The notes beneath the pieces are model-generated. The model was not told where the DNA came from. It saw nothing but the letters and a program-made list of their open reading frames with translations, and did not search any database. Of a stretch of DNA of 64,000 nucleotides, positions 1 to 12,166 are shown one piece after another. Position 1 is the stretch's first letter. Each line of letters starts with the position of its first letter. The stretch is from Botryllus schlosseri (taxonomy: Eukaryota): positions 11,472,001 through 11,536,000 of the forward strand of contig CM119372.1 in assembly GCA_051294905.1 (NCBI GenBank), given 5' to 3'. Position numbers and translations under genes: made by a program.

Positions 1-1
1 C

Positions 2-94
2 ACCGTTTCGAACACGGACGCGCTGAAAGCGCACGTCATGGAGCATTCGCTGAAGGAACTTTTGCAAGCCGGCTGCAGTCCGAAACAATTATGA
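2..94 (+). CDS. 3' end of a probable C2H2 zinc-finger protein gene (continues upstream of window)
   Basis: Frame 2 reads TVSNTDALKAHVMEHSLKELLQAGCSPKQL*. LxxHxxxH matches the C-terminal half of a C2H2 finger; the Cys pair would lie outside the window. Confidence 0.5.
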   Translation, partial: TVSNTDALKAHVMEHSLKELLQAGCSPKQL

Positions 95-1924
95 AAATAG
101 TACTTGATCTCTCCACACGTGTTCCATTCTGCGAGTATTTTGCCTAGGCGCAAATCGTCTGACCTACGCCTCGTAATACATCTTTATAGCGGCTTCTTTA
201 CGTATTGTCGTACTGCTACGTGTGCCTTCGATATCGGTACAGGCCTGATTGGGTAGTGGCTTCTACAAACTCTACTGCCCGTTTTCATCCATTACTTCGA
301 AACCGACTGATTTTTTTGCCAATTTGATCATTTCCTTGTATTTCTAATTCTATAACTTTCGCATATTTGAACGATTGAAGCGGTGCAGTACGTCGCCGCT
401 TCGGAGTTTAGTCGATTTATGCATCTGCTTCTATGATATTTGAATATTAAATTATAAACCTATTGGCGATTCCGCCGCGGATATGTACTTCGTATTGTGT
501 AATTGTAGCGTACATGGGTGTTTCAGGATAGGATTGTTTGAAGCGCTGGGACATCGACAGATTTTGCTGCGTCGACATCAATTTCGTCAAGGGGAAGTTC
601 ATCATGGTTCTAGTGCGCAATAGCAATGCGTTATGTTGAAATAGATTTTCCAACGTCTGCTTAGCGTTTGCACAGGCCTAAGTCGCACGGGACTTGACTC
701 GGTCGCAATATTTTATCCCCTCGTTATATTACGCGGGCTGCACACGCACCCTTAATTGGATGCAAGTCGATCGAATCGTATTATCCGTATCCAATACCAT
801 GCCCCTATTGGTATCTATTCCTGATAAACCCATAAGCTAACGAAACATGTAATTTAATTCATTGTAAGAAGTTTAAATGCCGATGCGAAGTGTTCAGGCA
901 ATTATACTCCTGGTTTTCAGTCGACGATACACGCGCGAATATAGAAAAGAACAAACGGCAAATACCTGAGCTCTCAAGTATCGTGCTGGTTTAGTCTGAC
1001 AAAGGGCCGTTCGCCGTAGAATGCGCATCATCACATTGGTATTGCACCGATTACATTACAACAACAGATAGGCTACTATTGTCATTCTTAGGGATGCAGA
1101 TGATGGAACTCCAGCAACTCGTCAGTTGGCTTCTGACACAACGGAATCCATGGAACTATCATGAAAGTGGAAGAAATTAATCTGTTTTGTAGAGAACCTT
1201 TTTTATGAATATATTTATGAAGTTGCGCAGTTAAATTCTGACGACTATTTCGGTTTAAATTCCAGCGACGGATTGTAACCAAGGATGGGCGATACTGGAA
1301 GTTCTTGTCTTACATAATAATGTGACGCGCGGTCACTATGTGAAGTAATCTCTTATTGGACCTACTTGCTAACGTCATGTGATTGTAGGTCCTCGTTATT
1401 TTGTTCTAACTATACGTTTGCTTTCGGCTCTTAATCCGGTCTATGCTATGTAAACAGCAGCCTTTCCAACTGAATTGTAGTCACTTGATGGAATCTACTC
1501 CAGTCTCAATCTGGGACAGAAACACTTTCCCATTAATTTTGCAAAGAAAAGTAAATTTTCACGGAGAACCCGGAATTTCCGGAGACAGCAGAAGGCCCCG
1601 TTCATATTTATATCTGGCTATTACTGTAGTGAAAGGAGCTGCGTGTCCGATAGTACACTATATACAGCGAGTCCGTCTGCTACGGATAGCGGCTTACAAT
1701 ATACTAAACTGGCAGGAGCTGATACGAACGTCCTTCGTAGTTCTTGACTGGCAGTTCAGTAGACGACAATTGCCTTTCCATCATAATTGTATCATGTATT
1801 GTACGAAGAGTCACATTCAGTCGCAAGAGGAAAAATTATCACGGAACTGTGATCTGTTCTACAGCCTTATGGAGACTACATGCCAGTCTCGGTCCTTCTG
1901 ATACTCTCTAAATCATTATTCCAA

Positions 1925-2390
1925 TCAAGGTTAGAATATGAATATGGCATCATCCGTTGGGGGCTGCCAGTGATAGCGCACTGAAGCCACTGCAAAAACT
2001 ACAACGTCAGGTCCTCCGTATCATAGACACGGGCCCCAAGATGTGTGTCCAACAAATCATTGGTCAAAAGATTCGCTGTCCTAAGCATAAAAGATATATG
2101 CCGAAACTAGAAATTCCCAAGTAGGCTATTTGTATCAGTGCCACTGCCCCGAAAACTTCAATGACTTCTTTACCTCGGTATCACAAGTGCATAAGTAGCC
2201 TACCTAGTCCACATCGTCCTAGACAAAAACGATCATCACTCTATCTAACATACCGGATCTGATTTGTGGAACAGTATCTCGCCGCCGTCGCTGGCAATCC
2301 AACAGTCATCGAGCATGCCCAAGTCCTATATCTATAGCCATTGTCCACATTAAAGTCGAAATACAATCAATTTCTATTGAATCTAGTTAG
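1925..2390 (+). mobile_element. Degenerate non-LTR retrotransposon (CR1/L2-like) ORF2 3' fragment
   Basis: Broken frames give YGIIRWG / ALKPLQKLQRQVLRIID, typical of the post-RT region of these LINEs. The 3' part resembles 25330-25540 and the minus-strand copy at 53590-53765. Confidence 0.55.
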
Positions 2391-2414
2391 CCCTGAAATG
2401 GCGCCGTTGCACCT

Positions 2415-2670
2415 GTGCTCCTCGACGTCATGAATGGCGTCCTAGAAGGCGGCCCGGTGCCCCCTGAGTGGCTCGAGAGCGAAATCGTCCCAATCTACAA
2501 GAAAGGCGCTGCGAGTGACCCAGCGAACTACAGAGGCATCTCCCTGATGCAGAACGCTGCCAAGTTGTTCGGCCGAGTATTGCTCCTTCGCATGCGTGAG
2601 CAACTCTCTACCAAGCTCCTGAATGCTCAGAATGGATTTCGACCATCTCGCGGTACTACAGAGCACATCC
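2415..2670 (+). mobile_element. Non-LTR (RTE-like) reverse transcriptase fragment
   Basis: PPEWLESEIVPIYKKG-DPANYRGISLMQNAAKLFGRVLL-R-LLNAQNGFRPSRGTTEHI matches LINE RT motifs 0-2. It is truncated after EHI. Confidence 0.85.
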
Positions 2671-2864
2671 TAGTTAGCCCTGCGCCATTGGTGGAAGGCT
2701 GCAAGGGGGCGGGAAAATGTGAGGTGATTAGCTATACAAAACATGATCGAATGGATGTACTAAACCCAGATTCCGAAATAAGCTCGAAACGAGAGACACA
2801 GACGGACCGACCTAGCCTCACCATTGATAACGCAATTCATCCCAAGTAGCTTAGAATTCATTAT

Positions 2865-3090
2865 AATATAACTGATATTAATCGAATGCGACTGTCACAC
2901 TGATTCCGAAAATATAAATACTTATCAACTTCTCAGGGTATTCGGCGGTAGCATAACATTGCGCTTGCTTACTTACCAATCAAGAACGCGGATAGCTATG
3001 GCGTTGTTTGTAATAGTGAACGTCGCATCCGCAACAATTCATTTCGCGCCGTAGATCAGGAAGGCAAGGTGTGTTTGAAATCTGAGTTTT
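2865..3090 (+). repeat. Dispersed repeat family (copies at ~24930-25210 +, ~26855-27020 -, ~52200-52500 -)
   Basis: Shared blocks tgattccgaaaat...tcaacttct, ttaccaatcaagaac and cgtagatcaggaag recur in the listed copies. Confidence 0.7.
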
Positions 3091-4090
3091 GAAATGGGCG
3101 TCGCCGTGTCTGCTATGCTCTTTGACTAATCAACGTATCGCACAATTCAAGATTTCGAGTCGGGTAAATAGAACTAGCGAGTGATGATTTTAAAAAGAGG
3201 GGGTCCGATCCTAAACCCGAAGACGGCATTGTCTTTACCTCCCAAAGACATGTTTACACTGCCACAAGAATAATTATTTTGGCCGTGTTGAAAATTCACC
3301 AACAAGTCGCTACAATATTGATCAATTCAGTACAAAAATAAATATTTGGCAAAGAGCCGTATCTTATATCCAAAACAGCGATATATGGCATGCGAGTCAT
3401 AGGTTCCACACCTACTGCGTAATGCAACCGCACGCGGGAAACATCCAGAAAGGCGCCTCTTGCAACAAGGTAAGCGCCCGCGACTGCTAACAAAATATCG
3501 AATACCCCCGTGAGCATTTGCGAACGATTTTTAAGAAGTAAAATTTATTTCGTCGAGTCGAAGGAAATGTTGACTTGCGCGAATAAAATCCAGATTTCAC
3601 GAACTCCCAAACGTTCACACGAGAACTAGTCCCGAAACTACCACCGCCCTTTTTCGAGAATACAGCGCGCGCCACGGTCGCCGCTGGGTACAACAACACC
3701 ATTCAAATCTCAACAGAGAAAGGGCATAAAATATATATAGTCTGTATAGCCAACAAGGATTGGAAACTCGATAAAACACGCTGATATAGCTGGCGTGCGA
3801 TATTCCCGATGTAGACATTGCGATCCCGCCGCCCGAGCGCCGCCGTCTGGGCCGGTTCAAACTCTCGCCAGAGCGAACTTATCCCATATGTCGAACTGCA
3901 GGTTCACGTTGACACGGCCGACCGGCGAGACTACCCGCAGGACCGCATCGGGGAGTCCCCGCGCCATCTAAAACGCACAGAGGTTCTTACCACATCGGCC
4001 GAAAAAATCGAACCACGGCCCGTCGACATTCATACCGAAACGGTAAGAACCGGCGCGCACCATTGCGCCAGTCTTTAAAACCAGCGCGTT

Positions 4091-5712
4091 TCACGACTCC
4101 ATGCCGTTCGAGTCAGGATTTTCGTCGGCAGGCTTCGACGAATTTTGGTTCCCGCGTCCCAAGGCCTGATTCTCGGCCGCAAGCCTGCAAGTCACAAACG
4201 CGAGTTGAAATCTAGCCACACGCTCATGCCGTCATACCATACCTCTCAATTTCACGTTTCAACTCTTCTTTCTCGCCGTCAAGCACCTGTACTTTCGCTT
4301 CGAGCGCCCTGGATTTTTCCAACAACAATCGGTTCGTTTTCGACATACTCTCCTGTTAAAAACAATATTACGATACAGAATTGTATGACATACTCATATT
4401 GAAAGAAACCCGAATATTTTCGGCTGAAAACTAGTAGACTACGAATGTTGATATACGAAGTTATATAATTCTATACCTGCAATTGGTTGAATTTATTCTC
4501 CAGGTCCATATGTTCTTGAAGTAATTCTTCGCGTGTCATCGTGTTCAGGCTTTCCTCGTGCACTCTCTCGTAAGTTTCGGTAAAATCCTGAAAATCGATA
4601 ACTGTCATAGTTACTCCTCGCTTCTCTATAATTGATGTATTCGCGGCGGGCAGCTTGGGATTTTGTTTGTTGCACGCGCGTGCATGACCTTCCAACGTAA
4701 TTGTATGTAACTCGCGTTCAACGACACACACTTGATTTCTTAAAAATCGTTATGTAATAATGACAGGGTGCTGACAAAATACGACGATTCTTCCAAGTGT
4801 ATTTTTACGTTCGAATACTGTAGGGCAGGAGAATACGGCTTAGCACTTCAAGGCCTGCGAGCGCCACGATATTCTCAATGAGATACTTGCGTCGAAAATT
4901 TGCGAAAATAACAACCACGTACTTGTGATATAAACTCGGAAACCATGTGTGGCGAATCAGTATACGCTGTAATTTGTTCGTCGGCGGCGCTATCGTCTTG
5001 GTCGTCACTACAGGATTCGCCTTCGTCCGTACCGGTGGCGGTGTTAAAATTACTGAAATCTGCGATTTTTTCGAAGCACGATCAATTAAACTGCAGACAA
5101 TATCCGAGAAACGTCTACAAAACAATGCGATACTTACCGGAAGGCTCGAACCGCCCGTCGTAGGGGTCGTGTTCATTCATCAAATACTGCGTCGTGTTGT
5201 AAGGCGCGACCGGGCGGCCTGAAACAATTCGATTGACGAGAATTGCTTGCAAGATTAACAGCCGAAAGTACTCACCCTTTTCTTTCATTTCCTGCCGTAT
5301 CCTAACAGCCTTGGATTTCTCTCTTTCTTCCAAAGCTTTGCGCTCCTAGAAATAATTCGTCGGATATTAATGTTTGTTCGATTGCGAACAAATGTACTGC
5401 TGGATCGGGGTATCTTGGATATCCCCGAGCTGGATCTACTCACCTCCCAAGATAGTTTGTTGTAGGGTTTCCACTTGCGTTTTTTCTTCGAGGGCTTTCG
5501 GCGATGCGCTTTTTTCTGTTGACTGCTGGCAATGGTTTGACCGGGTTGTTCCTTCGTCCACGGACCAGTCATACCCTGACATCCTATAAAATTGCGGAAA
5601 TGAATAGACTTAGCATACTATCTTATTACGATGTCGCTAACCAACCATTCTCCGAGTCAACATCCAAGTTCGGACTTCCCAGCGAAGAGGTCATGACTTC
5701 AGCGGCCATCAT
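4091..5712 (-). CDS. HEXIM: HEXIM P-TEFb inhibitor / 7SK-binding protein; exons 5712-5646, 5583-5444, 5345-5276, 5218-5138, 5059-4923, 4587-4477, 4352-4243, 4184-4091
   Basis: The spliced GT-AG product contains a basic motif KKAHRRKPSKKKRKWKPYNKLSWEE, the PYNT motif (GRPVAPYNTTQYLM), an acidic region, and DFTETYERVHEESLNTMTREELLQEHMDLE followed by a coiled coil. Confidence 0.95.
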
Positions 5713-7035
5713 TATAATATATATAACTAACAAAATACTCCTTGATGACGGAGCGAGATGGGTAAGAACGATGAAATGCTACAGTGCGTGCGTCGCATGG
5801 CTATGCGGTAATAGAGTACACACAACAGAAAAAGGCGCGATCGATGAAGCGACAGTCTCATTTCAAGCCCTGTGATGCTCTCCATTTCCGCATCGGCGAG
5901 CAATTCGGTAAACGATCTCAACAAACTAATTTAGCTAACACAAGTCAATATCCATAATACGACTAAATTATGAATTGCTGCCTCTTGAGATTGTGTCGCT
6001 ATTGCATTTATCGCGAACACAGAACCAACTCTTTTCCCTGGCTAAGTCCTGTGACGCCTCTCTACGTAAGGGTATTGTGCTGAAGTAATCCTAATCCATT
6101 TTGACCTCCCTTTTTCAGGTCCAGTTATAGACTATAATTGATAGATAGGCGCGCGAGATCAACGCGCAAACCGACCCAAGGAGCCGCTTGGCTGAAATCT
6201 GCCGTTGCAGATACGTTCATTAGTTAAATAGTGAAAAGCTTCGGTATTAGAAAAAGAGTGTTTCGCATCGTTAGTTCTCTCGTTCTCGCCGGCGTGTTTT
6301 CCATCGCAGCCGGCCATGCCCAGAACACGCCCGAATATAACAGATCAACAAAGAATCGAGTCGTGCATGCCGTCGACAACTTTTTGCAAAATTCGTAATA
6401 ACAACGACTGCACACATTATATGGCGTACGGTTTTGGTTACCGGTCTACCCTGTCAGACAACCAAGTGTAGATATAAAGGGAATTACATGTAATAAAATC
6501 TACAGAGCGTCTTCGATTATGTCTGCGTTTCAAGTCTAAATACAACGAGTCTCTACTTGAAGAGCTTTTTGGAGGTACAGAATTGTATATTGGAGTATCT
6601 ACTCGTCTCGTCGGTCCTTCTTATAAGCTATTTCTAGCTCATTTTGTTTCTTTATCGGTTCTTTTTTTATATACAACAAACAAAAGAACGAACGAATTAA
6701 CCGAAATACCAGAATTGCATAACGATGCAGTCTTCGCTGCATACACACCGCGGTGCTAACGTCTGACTGTGACTTCGCATGATTATCGTAGTATATGACA
6801 TTATTATTATCTGTGTAACGGCTGTCTGGTAGTAAATCTGATGACATAAACACCATAGCTTTACATATATAGGCAACGATAGCATGATCGAGTTTTTGAT
6901 GTTTAGTATGGCGTTTAATTTATCGGACAAAACTTGACCAAATATTATGCATATTTTATTCTAAAGTAAAAATATTTCGTGTGGTTTCTATTCCAACAAT
7001 GCGATTTGTGTATAATAACTCTGTAGGTTTGTTTG

Positions 7036-7210
7036 CATAGAGTCAAGTTGTAGTAGTGTGTACCTGTTTGATGCGGGTGTGATCAGACTATAGTTGACCT
7101 TCACGATCGATCATTCCTATCTGATACAGAATACTGAAAGTGCATGCATATTTTCTGTACCCCCATCATTGCCGTCGGTTTGTTATGTATTTTAGTTGGT
7201 TGAAAATAAA

Positions 7211-7270
<60 letters not shown>
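7036..7270 (+). repeat. Retroelement 3'-tail-like repeat ending in AATAAA + (CT)n(GT)n microsatellite
   Basis: The same sequence (tacctgtttgatg...gcatgcatattttctgtacc...aaataaagactct) occurs at 26171-26357 (+) and ~50337-50480 (-). Confidence 0.65.
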
Positions 7271-7288
7271 ATGTTCAGACATATTTTA

Positions 7289-7578
7289 TTACCATATTTT
7301 GGGAATCTGAAAAGAGGACACTTTTCAAAATTTTCCGACTTACAATACCGGAGTAAAATCCGGAAGAGTTTGTAGTTGGTTGACTAAGAAAGGCCCACTT
7401 TTCGGCTCAACTCCCGAAATATCCGCTGAAACGTTACTTCAGTACTCATTTCCTACATCTGAGTCGAATTTTCACATATATTTAATCAGAAATTTCAAAA
7501 AGGGGTGATTCGGGCGTCCTCCGAGGACACCTTTTAAAAAGAGGATAAATCCTCTTAAAAGAGGACGTGGTAACCCTA
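7289..7578. mobile_element. hAT-like MITE family B (TIR TAGGGTTACCATA), left end eroded
   Basis: Internal aaaagaggaca repeats and the ggtaacccta end match the copies at 18005 and 31421. Confidence 0.75.
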
Positions 7579-7891
7579 TTTTAGTGCAACAGTTGACGGG
7601 AAAGAATCGGCGATAATAGTGTCATTCAATCAAATGTATCTCCAACATTTAGATGCATCAGAGTTGTAGGCTATATCTGAATCCATTCGAAACGTTGAGT
7701 TTTCCTAATCTTTTTCCTTTCTATGGCATCATGAATCCCTACATTCGAATATACCATACAACAGCAACGCTGTTACAGTAGAGGTGTTGGGCTGGAGCGC
7801 AATCGAACGAGACTGTTTACTTTCGATTGCAATATCATAGCATATATTTCAGGCTTTTCTTTATGATTGCTGTTTCTACCACCTCGTAGAT

Positions 7892-8165
7892 CAGTGGTTC
7901 CCAACCTTTTTTAGACACGCGCCCCCTTTATGATAGTGAAGAATTTCGCGCCCCCAACCGGGATCCTAGCAACCTCAACAGATTGTTTGATGGCGTATGG
8001 AAGGTTATGAATGTGAGAGAATTAAAAAATATGAAATGCGGTCTATATATAGAGAAACCCGCGTGAATTGGAGGTAAATCGCGCAGCGCGCGAAGATTTT
8101 ATTCAGTTGACCGCTTCTTCGTGCCCCCTTCAGATGCTTTCACGCCCCCAGGTTGGGAACCACTG
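7892..8165. mobile_element. hAT/Charlie-like MITE family C
   Basis: TIR CAGTGGTTCCCAACCT / AGGTTGGGAACCACTG with a perfect 8-bp TSD TCGTAGAT. Confidence 0.92.
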
Positions 8166-9160
8166 TCGTAGATAATGCTCTTAGTTCCATTGAAGACAGG
8201 GCTAGACGCCTTGACCCTATCTATGGAGGAACGGAAGTACGATGCGATCGTACCATGTGACCCGTAACGCATTTGTACAATATTTCCAATCCACTTCTTA
8301 TACTATAGAGATCCTACAATCTCTATACTGATACCACCGTAGTTTGCTAAACCTATACGATACTAGACGTAGACGTTCGAATTGACCAATAAAAATATAA
8401 GACCGTTTTCTATACAGGCGCCAAGTAAACAGCATGGGACACTAATGAACGACTACATTTAATTTCACGTTAACGCCAATAAATTATTTGTTTTGGCAGG
8501 GCTCAGAAAGTAAATGTTGGTGTGACAAGTGACACGGTGACTGTGAAATAAATGCAAGGTGATCCGGGGGGGGGGGGGTAGCTCCGAGCCCGATGGGTCA
8601 ATATTTTAATGCAATATTGCAATGCATTTTCAATTAGGCATTGCGTGCTTCCACGATGTCTTCATAATTTATGGTTTAACTTATGATGGGGGCCTGCGGC
8701 TGCCACACTGCGGTCACACCTGTATTAATTGTTATATTGTTTGTCCTCTGTAAATCCAACGCTAATAATAATACTAAGGGGGTCAAGTGTAGAATAAGGC
8801 AGGTGATGGAAGAAGACTCAGGAAGAGTTATGTTGATGACCTCTTTAGTCAACACAAGATTCCCAGTAATGTTTTTTTAAATCGGCTGTTTTCAATTCCG
8901 GCAATTCAACTTTAATGATTTGTAAATAGTGTCCTCCTTTCCAGAATATGGTTTCAACCCAAATCTAGTAGTGCTGTTTTGTTTCAAATTCAAGCCAAAT
9001 GTAATATGGAATCTTGAGATTCACAATACATTAGCTATACGGTACCGGTACTTTCGTTTCATCTCGACATATTTACGTTATTTTAGTTTTGACTTTTGAG
9101 CGGTTAGCCTACTGCCTGCTGCCTAATGATAACGTATTGATGGAAATATTATTAATTTAG

Positions 9161-10161
9161 ATATTTCCTATTCAATAATGGATGCAGAAGAGACAAAAGA
9201 TATTGACGTGAACCCTCTAGAAGTACTGCTGTACGTAAAATGTTGTAGTATTGATATTGTTAGCAAACCACTCGAGCAAAAGTTTCTTCCTGAAGGATAT
9301 AGTAATCTACCAGTCATAAGAAGTGTATCTGGTGTTGTGGCGAAAACCGGTGCATCAGTCAAACGATTTAAACAGGGTGATGAAGTTGCCGGACTACTAC
9401 CACTTGATTTGGCTAAAACACTGCACGGTATCAGATTCACATCTATACCTGAGGAATATCTTATTCACAAACCATCGAGGCTTGGATGGGAGATCTCTGC
9501 GTGTTGCCTACTAGATGGGCTCACCGCGTACACCGCTCTTCACTATCAAGCTCACATAAGACCTGGTGATACATTGCTATTATGCAACGGATCTGACTCG
9601 ACTGGAGTAATAATGGCCCAATTAGCGAAACATTGGGGGGCCAAAGTTCTTGTTACGGCTGTTAACGAGGAAGAAGCACAGATTTTGCGGATGATATCAA
9701 GTGACACGCCACAAGTGTTTGGAGGGCATCAGCTTCTTCACAACTTCGTCATGGATGAAACTGGCGGATTAGGCATCGACTGCATCATCGACAATGGTAC
9801 ATTGTGCAAAAACGTTGCCGACTCTTACGACGATGACTTTTCAAAGCCCACAAAACACGATATCATATCATGTTTAGCTGTGGGCGGCAGATGGGTCACG
9901 AATCAAAGCGATCTACAGATTGACCCTCCGGATTCGGAGGTGCTGCACATGAAAGGTGCAAGCATTTGCCATCTGTTTCCTGAAATGTGGATTCTATCAA
10001 CGTTCCAACAGGGAAGGTATCTACACGTGTTGGAGGACATTCTTGATAAAGCTTGCAGCGGTGTTATTCGACCTCACTTGATGACTGTTTTGCCGAGCTC
10101 GGAAGTTCAGTCCCGCAGCGACTTATTTCCTTCGAAAAGTTCCATCGTAATCAAACTATAA
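9161..10161 (+). CDS. CRYZL1: Quinone oxidoreductase-like protein 1 (CRYZL1, FERRY subunit); single large exon, possible short upstream exon not located
   Basis: ORF 9178-10161 has the motifs GDEVAGLLPLD, AYTALHY, ETGGLGIDCIID, KHDIISCLAVGGRWVT, LQIDPPDS and QQGRYL of CRYZL1. An AG acceptor at 9159-9160 precedes an in-frame DISYSI extension. Confidence 0.92.
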
Positions 10162-11255
10162 ATGTCTTTGAACAGAGCAGTGTTGTGATGGTTCGAGTAC
10201 CTGTGATTGTTTTTAATTGAGCTGACTTGACTCGAGTCACTGCTATAAAATAACTCGCTATACATCGGACTCGACATAGCAGAAGTGTGACAAATTTTCA
10301 AATTAAATTTGAAGTCGTCAAATATTTTACTTTGCAAATCATTATGAACGTCGCACTCGCAGTCACACTAAAAATGGTCACGTCATCAATACCAATTTCC
10401 TCTATTTACTGAATTCCATGTACGTTGTCGAAATGATTCCATCAGCAGCACGTTCGTCGCACCCTAACTTTGTCATGATGGCTTTGATTGGCATCATATT
10501 ATCATAACAACCATCATTTATAACTTACTCTTTGTAATTTAGAAATAGAATGGCACTTGGTTAGGCATGATCTGGCTTATATATGCATCTGTATCTGCAT
10601 CTGTATCGAACCAAATAAATTGAAAATAGCCTATTTGGTGACATGGAGAAGTAAAATTTGAAATGACTGGACTTGCCTCGAGTCAAAATTTGCAGTGACC
10701 AGAAGGATGTGACTTGATCCCAACACTGGAACAGAGATATATTTATTATAAAATTGATTAATACTCTCTTGAATATTGATTTGAAACAACTAACATTTCT
10801 CACTTGAACCCATGCAAATTTCAACTCCTTCAAAACTATAATGTTGCAAAGTTTGTTTATAGACTGTATTCGAAATATGTTGGGTGCAAAAATACCCTGT
10901 GTATATGTGTTCAATTAGGGATGTGTAAATATGCCTCACCACCTCATCAACTTGAAATGACTCAGTAACAACAAGAATTATGAAAGATATTATTTGATGT
11001 GAGGAGATGGTAAGCTAATTCTGCCTCATCAACAGTGACGACCATTATGCTGACACAACCAATATATTTTATTAAGATTTACATATGACTATTTCGTCAT
11101 TGTTATAATACGTGCAATGCAATTGACATATCATTGTCGTAGTGATAATGACTTGAAATTTCAATTTCTTGATGATATTCTTCTTTTTTTATTGCAGTTT
11201 GATCTCATACGAAGTATAGGCTATAGATCGTCCACTCATATTGGGGAATCATTAA

Positions 11256-12084
11256 ATGTCTTTATCGGATGAATGGACGGTTGTTGACCGAAGATCCAAA
11301 AGACGGGTCAAGGTTCCTTCAAAATGTCATCTTGAAAACTCACTTCCCATTAAGGACGAATCTTTTGTGTTCTCTGACCTGAAGAGGGAATTTGAAAAAG
11401 TCGAGAAAGCTAAATGTGAACTCGGTGCGAATGGTTATAGCAAATCATGCTTTGATGCATTGGTAGAAGCACTTCGCCAATTGAAAAAATCTTTCCCTAT
11501 CCATGAACTTATCTGCTACGGACTTGGTAGCATCTCAAATAGTTATACTTCAAGAATACAATATGCCATGCTCTTACTGCTCAAGGATAAAATCCAGTCT
11601 TTGATGGTAACTCCATTATCGTGTCATTCTTACGACCCTGCGTTCTGTAACTTGGACCGTGCTATAATGAAAGGTGAAGTATGGACTCGAGTTGAATGGT
11701 TCACACAAATTTCAACTGATTCGCATCATTTCAGAGCATGGTATTGAGGTTATAGCGAGTAACGAGGAAGGAAAGAGAAAGGTGGACGATCTGACAAGGA
11801 AATTATCAATATTCTACATGATACACTGCGACAAATTGTTATACGAAAATCTGCTTAGTCACAATAGTGACGAGGGACATGGCCAACTTGTCATCATTGG
11901 CAATTCGTTTAACTCCATGGTGGAACGCGCGATTGGGAATGATGTTAAGAATAATTTCAAACGCATACATGACGCTGTCGACAGTCTCAAAGTTAAGGAA
12001 ATAACTTTTCCTTTGTGGAGTCGTGATAGTACAGTGTTCAACGACACTTGCATACATTATTTTCCCAGTAATGATCCAAGTTGA
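11256..12084 (+). CDS. SRRD: SRR1-like protein; exons 11256-11673, 11735-12084
   Basis: Motifs ICYGLGS, YDPAF, NEEGKR, FYMIHC, LYENLL, IIGNSF and VFNDT are present. A 61-nt GT-AG intron joins the two ORFs in frame (MKEHGIEV). Confidence 0.92.
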
Positions 12085-12166
12085 TTTCAATCTAGGTTTA
12101 ATATGTTGATGTGACAGTTAAGGTAATTATTTGACAAAACTGCCGAGTGCTCTACAAATAGCGACG

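Noticed and set aside
447..1901. Short ORFs 447-653, 1088-1282, 1443-1901 and most other 60-130 aa ORFs in the track
   Set aside because: They have no motifs or splice-consistent frames and are explained as UTR, antisense or shadow frames, or MITE sequence.
3990..4040. SECIS element in the HEXIM 3' UTR (ATGA...GA)
   Set aside because: The core is out of register with the helix, there is no apical AA, and HEXIM is not a known selenoprotein.
5771..5807. MKCYSACVAWLC|gtaata as missing first exon of CRYZL1
   Set aside because: It is phase-compatible with the 9160 acceptor but has no real similarity to the CRYZL1 N-terminus and cannot be supported without transcripts.
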